Part shown: positions 12,601 through 25,302 of the stretch, one piece after another
How the letters are laid out: each line of letters opens with the position of its first letter
Position numbering within the stretch: the first letter of the stretch is position 1
Translations under genes and position numbers: made by a program
The notes under the pieces: model-generated
Seen by the model: the letters and a program-made list of their open reading frames with translations, nothing else
Told to the model about the DNA's origin: nothing
The model's database searches: none
Origin: Paraspadella gotoi
Taxonomy: Eukaryota > Animalia > Chaetognatha
Direction of reading: 5' to 3'
DNA length: 64,000 nt
Assembly (NCBI GenBank): GCA_051294375.1
Contig: CM119265.1
Coordinates: 9,122,772 to 9,186,771 of the forward strand

Positions 12601-15600
12601 CGTACAGCGCCTACCCTCCCCACGCCTACTACCACCCTCATTTGTATCCTTACTACCATCCGAATGCTCTGTCCCAACTTCCCGGGGCCTCGCCGCCTAC
12701 GTCCGGATCTCACCCACCGACTTCCACCGCCGCTGGACCTCCGCCGAGTCCTCACGGCGCCCTTTTGGGTTCGGCCGCTGGGACTCCATCAGGAGTGCCG
12801 CCGGCGTCGGCACCTTCGTCCACTTCGTCCATCTCTCATCAAATTCCGACGGAGGGAGGCGGGCTGCCGCCGCCTGCGACTGTGAAGACAGAACCCGGCC
12901 TTCCGCCAATGGACATCAAGCCGGTCGGACCACCGCCTCCCTTGATTCCGGGGGCGCAGTATGGTGCCTCGCAGCCGCCGACTGGCCCGACGAGTGTCGT
13001 CATCAAAACGGAAACCGGCGTCGCCAAGCAGGAGCCTGCTCAAACTGGAGCACCGCCGCCGTTGCTGTCGCCGAGTCAAAGGTATATACGAATATACGGT
13101 TGTGACTGTTGTTTGTGACAGTCTGTTAGACATAAACTTTCTATAAACTTTTGAATTTAATTTAAACTAATTTTTATATGAGGTTTAATTTACTTTTAAA
13201 TAATCAAAAATAATTATCAATCTCCGTTAATATAAATTTGTCTTAACTTTTCAGACAAATACAGATATTATATTAGAGTAACCGGTGTCGGGGTTTTTTA
13301 CAATGAGTCCTGTATGCATTAAGCGTCATACTAGTGAATATTTCTTTTCAGACCTCAAGCAGAAATCAAGGCCGAGCCAGGGGTTTCCGGCGAGACCGAC
13401 CACGTCGACGACGAGGGTCCCCCATCTCCGCCGCGATCTCCCTCGCCGCCGGTCCAGCCCGACAATTCTGAGATTCATCGATCGCCAGCCGCCATCTTCG
13501 TAAGACGATGGTTCCGTGGCCAGAAGCCGCGCACGTGCTCACGAACCGACTTTGAGTTTGTGCCCGTTCAAGGCTCTAAGTTGGCTCTAAAGAGAGAGCG
13601 GAAGCGACAGGTAATGAGGGATCTGCGTAGGGGATTGGATTTTGTCTTTGTTCAGCAATCAGCATTTTTTATACATTTCAAACTGTTAAAATTGCTATGA
13701 ACTCTTTGTACAGGAAAAAATTCACGGACGAGATTCACATGGTCAAAGATCGTCAGCAGATCAAAGACTCCCTCAAGGACAGCAAAGGTAACCATCTAAA
13801 TCTCCAGTTATTTTGCACGTAAATGAATTTAGTGCCGGCGTTTTCCCTTTTCATTTTTCATTTGTATTGATTGATTGTTAATAATGATTTATTAATTTTA
13901 TTTTTAGGACTCCGTCTAACGATTCCCGATCTTCACATAGCGACCGCAAAGAGGAACGAAAAGGAAATGATGGCCACGCCCATGACAATCGATCGCACGA
14001 CGGACGCCCGAGATCCCGGTCGGGCATGCAGGCTTCTCCTCGCCCGGGCTCCCGCTCGAGCCCCCACGCCTTTAAGGATCCGCCCAACAGCGCCGCCGCA
14101 GCAGCCGCTGCCGCCGCTCATCTCTCTCCGGTTTTACATCCCGGTGTTCCGTCGGGAACGCCCATAGTGGGGGGCCCGTCCTTTCCTCCAGGAGCTCCAC
14201 ATCCCGGTAAACGCAACTTTTGCTTAATAAAAAAAAATAAAAAAACAAATCTTTGAAAGTTGAGAGGGGTCCTAGAAATTTTTTGCCGTTTTATAGCCGG
14301 ATATCCTTTCCATGCTACTCCAGCTTTGCGTCAACTGAGCGAGTACGCGCGCCCGCACAACCCGCCCGGTATCGGACCCGGCGGCGTTCCAGTATCGATT
14401 CCAGGCGGAATCCCTAGAGAGCTTCTCTTGGGTCATCCAGGAGGTGTGTAACCAAAACATCGTAATAGTAGAAAAAGAATCTTAATTCTCTACCTTCCTT
14501 TGAGGTCCTCCAGTGGATCCGCTGATGCTGTATGGTGGCCGTCCCGGAGTATACCCACCCCCAGGATCTCGTGAACGTTTGGAGATGGAGTTGGAACGAG
14601 ACAAGCGAGAGAGAGACGCGAGGGAGAGAGAAATGCGCGAGCGGGAGTTAAGAGAGATCGAGCTGATGGACAAAAGAAGACAAGAATTAGAGATGTTGCC
14701 GCCCGGTGAGTATTTTATTTTATTCACAGATTATTAATTAAAAGATTTTTCGTTTATTTGCTTGGAATTAAACTCCCGCGCTTCCCTTCGACGCAGGTTT
14801 GGACTTCTTACGAGCCCAGCACCTGGCCGGCTTGCCTCCCGGTCACGTGGATCCCCATCTTTTGCATCTGCATCGCGCCTACGCGGAGGCAGCGGCGCAA
14901 GCGGCGGCCGGGGTCAGACCGCCCGGATTTCCTCCGGGTGCCCCACCGGGATTGCCACCTGGTGAGAAAATAAAAGGGAAATGACCGACGAATAATTTTG
15001 TTGAGTTAACATATTTTAAAACATATTAAACGAATAAAGATGTTTAATCAATGAACGATGTTTAATTGGAGTTGGCTTTTTTCGCAGGATTGCCTGCACA
15101 GCTGTACGGTGCCCATTTGGGTCTTCCGCATGGAGACCCTCGACAATCAGCTCGTCCTCCGGGGACGCCAGGTTTCCCTCCCGGCCACCCGGCGGCTGGC
15201 CTTTCCGGCCATCCAGGGGAAAGCGCCTTCGCTTCTTCGGTGGAACGCCTCTCTGCCGAGCGACTGCAAGCCGAGAGAATGGCACTCGCCCTTCACGGTT
15301 CGTACTTCGCGAATCGATAAAGAACATGTACTCTACTTCGCACGTCCCTCTCTTCGCACTCACACGCGCAAATCTTATCGGTTACATGTTTATTGTTTCT
15401 CCGTTTAGTTATTGATAGAGGTTTGTGACTTACTTAGCGAGCTTTAGTTAGCTTGATTCGCGCGTAATTTTTTAAGTATTGAATTTACGACCTCGAATTT
15501 TCAAGTCATATTTCTACCGCTTCCCCCCCCAAACCCATCAGCCTCTTCCGGCGCACCCCCACACCCAATTACCACAGTAACGACGGCCGGATCTCGGCCT

Positions 15601-16908
15601 CCGCCCTCGCTCACGCCCACGACGGCCTCTGCTCCGCCTTCCGCTGCTTCGGGTCCTCCAGCACCCGGTGCGCCGCCCGCGGGGCCCCCCGGCGGAACTC
15701 CAGGTGGACCTCTCGGAGGTTCAGCGGGCGGTCCTCCCGGTGGCCCTCCGGGTGGACCCCCTGGAGGCCCTCCAGGTGGACCGCCAGGTGGGCCACCGTC
15801 TGTCGGGCCCGCACCTCCATCCGACAAACCTATTCCATCTGTCAGCGTGGCCACGTCAACGGCATTGGCCCAGGTGATTTGGTTCGGTTCCAAATAATTC
15901 TTTCAGGAAGTTAGAAATGGGTTTTCTTCTAAAATTACTTGTATTTTTCTGCCTAGCACCTTCACACGCATCAGCACACGCATTTACACCTGGACGCCGC
16001 GGCCGCCGCGGCTGCCGCGGTCGTTGCTCAGCCGCCTCCGGCACCTGCCTTCGGAATACCTGACCCGCAGGTAATCAAAAATCAGGTAACTATCCTTTTT
16101 GCTGGAATTGAAACTGTATATTAATTTTTTTGCTCGTGTTATTAGTATTTAGTGCTTAAAGCTTACTACATTCAAAACCTATTTTTCTTTAGACGTTGCT
16201 TGCAGCTGCGGCGGCAGCCGCTAACGGCGGTGTTCCCCCACCGCCGGGCTCCTTTCCACCCGGAATCGTTCCGCCCGCATTGGCTGGTCTTCCTCCCGGT
16301 GCTCCAGCGTCGTCGTCGAGCGCCTACGCGGCAGCCGCCGCCGCTGCACATATAGCCAGAGAACGGGAACTGATTGCTGTCGCGGGTGGGTGGAGTGTCG
16401 ACTGCGCATTTTTCTTCTTTTAACACATTTCAATCTAAATCCCTATCCTCTTCTATTTTCCTTTCCAGCGGCGGGTCATCACTTCCAGCGTCCACCCTTG
16501 CCTCCCGGAGCGGAGATGGCAGCTCTGGCGAGTCAGCAGCTTCAAGCCCAAGCTGCCCAGCACGAGGCGATCCAACGAGAGATGGCAATACGGGAGCAAG
16601 TGAGACACATTAGCAGAATTTTATGATAATGTTTCGTTACGATTCGATTTTTATTCTCTGGAATCATATTTTTTTTACAGCAGGAACGAATGATGTTGGC
16701 GGCTGCCGCGGCCGGTGGCGCTCCACCACCCGGCTTTCCGCCCTTGTCTCTGCCCTCTACCTCGGCCCCTGGCGCTGCCGCAGCTCTGCAACAACACATG
16801 TTCCATGCAGCTGCCGCTGCCCAAGAAGCGGAAATGATACGCCATCACCAGGCCATCGCCGCCGCGGCGGCGGCCGCTCAAGGCGGTGCACCTCCCCCGC
16901 CGCCGTGA
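6695..16908 (+). CDS. RERE: RERE/Atrophin (Grunge/egl-27-like) transcriptional corepressor; roughly 20+ exons
   Basis: BAH exon ([38 protein letters not shown], ~7354-7586), ELM2 ([15 protein letters not shown]), SANT ([28 protein letters not shown]), GATA-type finger (CQHCFT / [26 protein letters not shown]), atrophin motifs ([16 protein letters not shown] repeats), Pro/His/Ala-rich exons. Low-complexity exon boundaries are approximate. Confidence 0.92.
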
Positions 16909-18645
16909 TGAAAAATAGACTGAGCCACACTGAAATTTGCTGTTTAAATTACCGCCGTCGTTTTTTAGTTAATTTTAGCGGTCATAGTTTTGTCGCAATA
17001 TTTATGACAGAAGTAGATGCTTTAAGTTTATATTTTGCCGATTTATGTGCGAAAAATTATTCTGAGCAGGGCGAGGGAATGTTGCTTTTTACACGAGTGC
17101 GATTGGACTGAGGGTACCTGTGCTATCAATTACTTACGATTCGTGTAATTGCTGCGTAAAGACTAATCGGCGAGTTTTTGTTAGACAAGAGGGAACAGCT
17201 TTTATATTTGTTTACCTACTACTTGATCTGATTTATTACATGTAATCATGTCTATATTTCTTAAAATACAACTGTGTGAGGAGCTACTATGTAAATTTGT
17301 TTTCAATTGTTTAAATTGATCATTTTTAGCATTTCTTTCGTAAGCTGAAGTTGCTGCATGTCCATTCAGTTCTCATACTCGACCCTTTAACTGATTCTCT
17401 TTATGCCTACAAGTAAACAATGGCTGAATTCATTAGTACAGAAAGCATATTAGAAAATGATACGCCGTTTTCTGAGCAGAGAATCGGTTTCGAAATAACT
17501 TCTGATCCAAATATGTTAAAATTTTGTATGTATGATGAATTAGGAAATGCAAATAGAGCTCGTGAAGCGAATTTCAATATTTGACCCTTGAGCCGAGATA
17601 TGGGGGTCACCCACGGGGGCGAATTTTGCGAATATTTTAAGTTTGAATAGTTGCATAGACGTTTACTATCCTGAAAAACGTATTTATTACTGCCAACAAA
17701 CTAGTTAACCTTAATTTTTACGTCCATGAACAAGTCAGATTTGGAATAAGAGAAAATTTGAAGTAAAATGATGAACCATGCTTCTTCAAACAATTTAACA
17801 AAAATACAACAATTTTACACGTAAAATTGTTTTTTTTTTTGCCTTTAAGACCCTAATGCAACTGATGCCGTAAATAAATTTATGAAATTTTTTTTTTTAA
17901 ATTTTGGGTTTTTTTCGCCCCCTAGGGGTACAACCTCGGGGCGCTGTATTTGTATAGCATTTGACATGGAGTAGTTTGTGCGGAACCGAATCTCGGTACG
18001 AAAAAACTGCGTATTATTTTCTAATATGAAGCCTTCTGTATTGATCGTAAAAAGCGGTTTTTTTTTCAAAAGTCAGACCGAGGGCTATTGATAAGTAGTC
18101 CCAAATAGAAACAGGGTTTTGTCGGAAGTCAGGAGGGCGTTCTTGATTCATTAAACTAAGGCTTAATTTACAGAAATTTGTTATTAATAAATTTAATAAT
18201 ACTAATATAGAATAAAATTCTTGACTGTTACTGTGAGTGAAATGATTCATGACGATAAAATAACTAGCTTACTTCATTTTCCGACACAAAACATTTCATA
18301 TCCTTTAACATAAGAAGTTAGCGAAAATTAGCGCACCAATGTTTTCACAGTAACAACACAAATTTAGGGCTAAAGGTATCCTTTTGTCTGGTCAAGTTTA
18401 ATAGGAGAAGCGAGGTCGTATAAAGTGGATTTGCAAACTTATTTCACATGGATAGTTGGATCAAGTCATGGCGACATTTTGGTGACATTTCTGAACGGTA
18501 AAAATTAAACAATCAAGATAGGACAAAAGAGACCAGCGAGACTGGCCGTGTTCATAAAAATAAAAATCCGACATCCAAAGCAAAAAGTTCAAAATTTATG
18601 ACAAATCGGGCAAAGAAATAAAAACAACGAAAGTGAAAACGAAAT

Positions 18646-21600
18646 TCACGACATGACTTGTACGGCTCGTCCCATCACCTCGGCCTGCACCCGACCACCA
18701 TCAGGAACTAACTCGCCATCCACGGTCAATATCCCTGGCGTCAACATGTCTAATCTAAAAGCGGTGCAGGCTACCACGTCGACGTACGGGTTCCTCACAA
18801 ACTCGTCGAAACCTGCCGGCGTTTCTAGCTTGACCAGGCACTTGAGCAAAGACATCTTAGAGATCCCCTTGCGGACGACGACGAGGTGAACGAGGCCGTC
18901 ATCGAGTTTCGCCGGCGGGCACGAAAGGGCGTCCGAAGCCAAGTGCGAGACGTTGAGCGCGCAGAAGACGACGATCTCAGTCTCTCGCACGCGCCAGTGC
19001 GACGGCACGGAGTCGGCATCGACGGGCGGTAGACGACTTCTGCGTAGCTTTAACTCATCGCCGACGACGCTCTCAGAAGATTCGCCGGAACCATTGCAGA
19101 CCTCGCGGTTCTCCGCTTTTGCCTCGCGCACTCTTTCGATCCCATTGGTAGTGGCGGAGGCGGTTTCCGGCGTCGCCGCCGCCGAGTTATATCCTGTATC
19201 CGTTTGCAAATCGTCGCTGGCGCGCGACGACGCCGGTTCCACGGAATTCTCTCGAACCGTCGAGGCGGCGGGAACGCTGAGGGATCGAGGAAGAAAGGCG
19301 GCTTCGTCGAGGGCGCCATCGTCGGTTGTTTCGGCGACCATCACCGATCGTGACGGGAGCGTCATCGTCCTGCCGGCCGCCGACCCGCCTCCTTCCGCTG
19401 GTTCGAACGAGTACCGGCACTTGTATGACTTGAGTTTGACGATGCGAACAAAGCTGCCTACGGTGTTGCGAAAGAGGCCGAAACTGCGGTACTTCTCGCT
19501 CTCAATGTCTGCGTCGGCGATGAGGCCGTAGCAAATGGAAAGGAAGGAGCAGACCCTGACGCCGGCACCCGTCTCCGTCAGCAGCAGGTCCAGAGGGGAG
19601 AGGCGCCGTCGCGCCAGCAGCATCGCCGATCGATGCATCAGCGTCGACGGTGAAACATTAGCGCGCCAATCTTGGACAATGTGAAGAAGTGATGCTGCCA
19701 AGCCATTGCTCGTTCCGCCAGGGAGAATGCCCAGCGGAACGCGGGATGCTGACTCCCAGTCGGGTCGTGAGAAGATGCCGTTGATGATCTGATGGAAGAA
19801 ATGAAATTTGATGATTATTTAAAATCGGCATTCGTGACGAAACTCACGCGGGTTTTATCGCCCACCTCGTGCATAACGCCGTCACCAGCGCAAACGATGA
19901 TGGCATCGATATCGCCTTCTTTAAAATTTCGGGCCAACTCCGACGCGTGTCCTTTTCGCTCAGTTTCCACAACGACGCAATGAATGTCCGCCTTGTCGAG
20001 CACGGGCAGAGCCACGCGGTCGAACTGCGTTCGCGCCTTACCCGTCCCTCCGAACGGGTTGACCACAACCAAGACGCGCATACGTCGCTGACGGAGATGG
20101 CGCTGTGTATTTAGGTGCCCTAGGACGGCGTCTCGCCAGGCGCCGGCCATGTGTAAGTTGGGCGCGAAATCGGGATGGGAGTCCAGCTCGAAGGTGAACG
20201 TCCGAGATTTGCGTCGCTTGGAAGACCCATCGGGGCCCGCGTCACCCTCGTGTCCGGCGTAAGCGTATACGCTGAAAAAGGCGCTCGTTGACACCGTCGG
20301 CGACCGCTTGCAGTGACACCCGACAACGTCAGACCATGCCACGGTTTCTTTATCATGGCTGTCACTAGAAAATAATAAATTCATAGGCAAAATATAACTT
20401 TCGCTTATCGGTGTTTTGGCGTCCTTTGAAAAACCACTTAAAAATACTTTTTAAAAAAAAATTTAAAAATGTATTCCTTAATTACCCTCTTAACCCCAAC
20501 CACCTTTAACCCTTAACAACCTTTAAACCACCCTAAACTCCCCCTAACCCCGGTCGGCAAAAAAAAATTAAACTAATTACTAAAAACACTAAGAAAGATA
20601 GGTTCGATTGTGTAACTCTTAATTTGATTCATTTAGGAATATATATATATATATATACATTCACACATACATATACATACATATACATCTACAATCATTC
20701 AGCCAATCCCATTGGCTCAGAGGGGGAACGCACCATCCCAAGCGTTGAGTTCCATCCAGTCCTAATGACTTCCCTCTGCGTTGGCAAAGCAAAACCGTCC
20801 TAGGGGAACCGCGCCAGTGACTGGAGGAGTCACTGAGGGTCGGAAGCCCTCAAAGCCAACAGTGAGATGCCCCATCCCAATGGGCATCACATGCAATCCG
20901 GCTGTTGCCTACTATCGAACACGCAACCTTCTCAGGGTACGCTTCGACAAACACATGCCCTGCCAACTTCGAGTACACTATGACAAACGCCTATTCCCCT
21001 GGGGTATGGTACGACAAACGCCTATGCCCCCACTACTTGTGCTCTCTCTCTCTCTCCCTCTCCCACTATGGTAACAGTTTTGTCAGACACCTCTCAGGTC
21101 TGGAGAACCTGAGTGATGTCTTGGCCCGGGGATCCTGTGGCAGTATATACACACCGCCTCACATTTACTATCGTTCAGCCAATCCCATTGGCTTAGAGGG
21201 GGAACGCACCCCAAGCGTTGCGTTCCATCCAGAGTAGAGTGGAGCCCTCAAGAACAAAAAATCTAGTTGAATGATCGAACAAGGATATTTAGATGAGATA
21301 GTATGATTAACCAGTAAAAAAAATATTGTTTATATTGTCTCGGGAACAGAATAGTAAAATATAATATATTTGTAATAATATTCTTATAAAATAGTAAATT
21401 TTTTTAAAAATTAAAAAAAAACTTTTAATAAAGATTCAGATTCTTTCTAAAAAGTTGAATCAAAAATATAAAACATGTTATAAAAAATTATGTCATCTTC
21501 AGCTTTAAAACAGGAAAAAGGTGAAAATTCATGACTTTTTTATTCTCTGTAATAGAAACTTATATATGTTAAAACGTTTTAATCATTTCTTTCGATCTAA

Positions 21601-23562
21601 ACGTTAAAATATCATAACTTATTTTATAAATGTTTTTTAGTTAACGGCGAATCCAAATCTGTTCTTAAAAAAAAATTATTTTAAATTTTAACGATTTTAT
21701 AATGATATTATAAATATTTAAATAATTGAATTTACTATATTATTATGCTAAAAAAAAATTTTAATTTATTAATTATATATCTTTAAGCAGCAAAAAAATA
21801 ATGTTCAATCCCTCAATCTTTTCGTCACTCCACCCTAATCCACCGTCCTAATGACTTCCCTCTGCTTCTCTAGGGTAACCGCCCCAGTGACTAGAGGCGT
21901 CATTGAAAGTCGGAAGCCCCCAAAGCTAACAATAAGATGCCCCATCCTAATAAACATCACAGGCAACCCGGCGGTAGCCATAATATAATTATATATAAAC
22001 TGTCTATTATAAACTTAAGTTTTTTTTAATTTATAATTGTATATATTATGGCGGTATATTCACACTGCCTTACGTCCATCATCATTCAGCCAATCACCAG
22101 TCACCATCCCAAGCGTTGTTCCATCCACAGTAAAGCGTAGTGAAAGTTGCAGATCAAAATTCGAATAGTTAATCATGACATGAACAGTCTTGGACTAAAG
22201 AACATTGATATATGAAAAAAATTGGTTTTAAATTTCTCAATTTTCGCATACGCCCATATTTATACATAGTACTTACCATAGAAAATGTTAAAATTTTAAT
22301 TTTAAATTTTTCTTAGTTTTGAAAGCAGATTCGAATTCCTCATAAAAAGTTAATAAAAGAAAATATAAGTCTTAATCAAAAATTCTTTCATTAAGTTTGC
22401 CAAAAATTAAAATAACTATATTTTTATACCAAAATTTAATTATAAGTAATAGTAATAGTTTTTTAGGATTTTGATCCACTTAATAAAATATTTTTTTAAA
22501 AAGAGTTATATTTCCTTATATTAACTTTTCGTGAGGAATTCGAATCTGCTTTTAAAAATAAGAAAAAACCATTTTAAAATTTTGATATTTTTTTATAGCG
22601 AGTATTATGTATGGGCGTATGCAAAAATTTTTTTTAAAAAATTATATTTTTTTATTTAAAAATGTTCACAGGTACAAGCCTGTTCGTGATCTACTATTCG
22701 AATTTTGATTCTACTTGATTTTAATATTTTTGCTACGCTTTAATCCACAGTCCTAACGACTTCACTCTGCATTGGCAAAGCGAGACCGTCCTAGGGTAAC
22801 CGCGCCAGTGACAGGAGGCGTCACTGAGGGTCGAAAGCCCCCAAAGCCAACAATAGCCATAATATGATAAAATTGAACTTTGACCTACTGGAATTTTTTT
22901 TTTAATGATGATAATGTAAAAAAAATTATTAAAAAAAGTTAAAATTATTATTTAATTACCCTCAACTCCTTAACCTTAAACCCCCTTAACCCTAACTACC
23001 CTAACCCTAATTACCTTAAACTACTCTTAAACTACATTTAAATTCTTTAACCCTAAACCACCCTAACTGCAGTCGGCGAAAGTAAAATTATGCCGAAAAG
23101 GGGTAAAGATTGCAAGATTATCTATAAAAAAGTATAAAAGTTTTTAACGTTTTAAAATTGTAAAAAATGTGAAACGTTACGTTACTTTCTTTGTCTGGTT
23201 AAATTTAACTTGTCGCCTTTTAGACCGAAACAAGAGACAAAATACATGATCTGACCTATACAAACCAATACCAATACAAACTGAAGAAACCAAAAAAGTC
23301 AAGAGGATCATCCCGCCGACTGGAAAATCCAAATCATATCGGTCAAAGACCTTGTATCGACTCAACTCAAGTTTCAATTAACTTTATAACTCCGCCTCCG
23401 CCAAGAAATGCTGCAATAAATTTCATGTATAACAAACCTTGATTTCATGTGCAGCCCTTCTTCGTCAATCCATGTCTTCAAGACAGAGCAGCATTCCAAG
23501 TTCTTCAAGGCGAAGTTTCCCACCGAAGACTCGGTTGGGGCGATTTGGTTCTCCGAGTTCAT
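18646..23562 (-). CDS. SPHK: Sphingosine kinase (DAGK-catalytic family); exons ~23562-23438, 20364-19866, 19788-18646
   Basis: VLVVVNPFGGTGKA, IIVCAGDGVMHE|IINGI, PLGILPGGTSNGLAASL, YGLIADADIESEKYR, LTVDGE. Splice phases are compatible; the first exon is assigned on phase and donor only. Confidence 0.9.
20481..20552. repeat. Degenerate telomere-like (TAACCC/TAAACC)n tract
   Basis: A similar tract lies at 22955-23070; both are followed by GTCGGC(A/G)AAA. Confidence 0.6.
20693..20910 (+). repeat. Twister-bearing repeat copy 1 (core mutated: UAA to GAA, GCGAGA to GCAAAA)
   Basis: Direct sequence similarity to the reverse complement of 43826-44074. Confidence 0.88.
21138..21980 (+). repeat. Twister-bearing repeat copy 2, split by a MITE and internally deleted
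   Basis: 5' half 21138-21234, 3' half 21838-21980. Confidence 0.85.
21235..21837. mobile_element. hAT-like MITE (603 bp)
   Basis: TIR TAGAGTGGAG / CTCCACCCTA; degenerate 8-bp TSD ATCCAGAG / ATCCACCG. Confidence 0.65.
22131..22742. mobile_element. hAT-like MITE (612 bp) with long internal inverted repeats
   Basis: Perfect TIR TAAAGCGTAG / CTACGCTTTA; perfect 8-bp TSD ATCCACAG; internal inverted blocks GCAGATTCGAATTCCTCA / TGAGGAATTCGAATCTGC and GCATACGCCCATA / TATGGGCGTATGC. Confidence 0.85.
22772..22850 (+). ncRNA. Twister ribozyme type-P5 copy (one T1 mismatch)
   Basis: Same fold as 43876-43956; UAA at 22797-22799; L4 reads TCGAAAGC. Confidence 0.7.
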
Positions 23563-25302
23563 CTTTTCGGAGAATGGAGAAGATAAGAATTCGCGTCATG
23601 AGAGGAGAGAATGAGAAAATGAAGAGTTATGTGCAATTACGTTATCGCCATAGATAGTTATTCGGATTCGACTTTGTTCTCTTTCACTGGATTTTTTTCG
23701 AACGTCATAACTTGAATCCTTTTTTACAAGCAAAGTCGACCTTTAATTTTTTTTATCGGCGTTTTCATATTAAATTTACATATTAACTTTCTCTTTTAGT
23801 TTTTTTTGTTTTTTTTTTGTTTTTTTTTAGGAAAATGAACATTTATTGTTATTATTATTTAAATTTATTATTAAAAAAAAACAAAACAAGACTAATCAAC
23901 ATTTTCCGACCTGTATGCAACGGAGAGATCGTGAAAGAGTGAATGACAAACCGAGTGCGAGGTTGGAAGAGTTAGTGGGGCGATCGAGAGGACGAGAGGC
24001 TCCGCATTTATTTTATTTATTTCGGGCGGAGATTGAGACGAAAACGATGTTTTTCCATCGACTCTAGCATTTCAATTTCGAATCCGAGTTGCGATCGATC
24101 GATCCAGCCTGATATGAGGGAAATTCACCAAATTTTATTTTACTAACGGAATCACTTCGCTCCGTTTAAAAATTCGTTGTCCCGTAAAATTCGTTCAAAC
24201 CCAACCCCTTTTCACCACAAAAAGTGACAAGTACGAGCGAAAGTATCTATCAGCATTTTCATGCCGGTTCGACTGTTCGAAAAGAAGACAGGGCGGTGGG
24301 AAAAATCGCTGGGCAAACACTTTTTCTTCTTCCCCCAGGGTTTTTCTGGCGAAAATAAAATCGGAAAAAGAAAAAAAAATATCCTCTCCCGGACTGAAAG
24401 GGGGAAAAAGGCAAGTCAGGAAACTTACTCGCGAACACGTAACGTTAGATTCCGATCCGCCCTTCAAACGTAATCACGTGCGTTGGCGGAGAAACGCTTC
24501 TCTTTCGTGCTTCCGGTTTGAAGCCGCGTTCTGCATCGTTCTCTCTCTCTCTCTCTCTATCGAACGACACGCCAACCTCGCCTCCTTTTAGTCGGGACGA
24601 GAGGAGCGGTGTCCGGGCGCCGCCGCCGCCCCCTCCCCTTCTTTGCCTATTTGCTCGGAGGCGAATCCAGCGAAGTCTTTTGTCTCTAGCGGATTGGCGA
24701 CTCGCGCGCCGTCGGCGGGAAATGGAGGAAGCTCTATCTGGATTGCTGATGTGACGCACCGTCTTTATCGTCGTTTCTAGCCTTGTTTGATTGGTTTTGT
24801 TGATTGATTGATTGGCTTTTCCTCGGAGAATCAAATAAAAAAGATAAAAAAAAAAATCTTATCGTTCGCTTTCTACTTTCTACTTAAAAAAGCAAATTTT
24901 CCTTCTATTCTGCGAATCTATCCTACTTTTTCGAGGGTGTTTGTATCCTAACGCGATTGAACGCCCAGAAAAAGCTATCGTTTCACAGACTTACGCGAGT
25001 TTCGTCTGATTATGCTGGATAATATATTTCAGTGTTACTGAAGAACCCCCTCCAGGACCTAGAGGGGGTAGACGGAAGAAGACGTAGTCTCAAACGGACT
25101 GGAGACCCCGAGACCAATGGCGCCGTAAAAGTTTATATAAAAGTCTTATTCTTGAGGGCCACGCAATTTCCTGTTTACCTTTTTCTTATCAATTATAACT
25201 TTTCATTTGTCTGAAGACTTTTCTTCGAGGGTTCAAATTTAACCAAAAACCTGAAATAAATTAAGAAACAATTAAAAATTAATCCTTATTTACACTACGC
25301 CA

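Larger units (their letters stand above)
22049..22859 (+). repeat. Twister-bearing repeat copy 3, split by a MITE and 3'-truncated
   Basis: 5' half 22049-22130, 3' half 22743-22859. Confidence 0.85.

Noticed and set aside
17430-18165. Possible MITEs between RERE and SPHK (TTAA-bounded)
   Set aside because: Composition is repeat-like but convincing TIR pairs could not be defined
20720-20760. Pistol-ribozyme-like AAGCGTTGA motif in the repeat
   Set aside because: No pistol P1 or pseudoknot; other copies show it is simply a GGAACGCA/TGCGTTCC hairpin
25038-25090. Possible hammerhead ribozyme (CTGAAGA followed by an ACCCCCT/AGGGGGT hairpin)
   Set aside because: The required GAAA after stem II is missing and stems I and III could not be built
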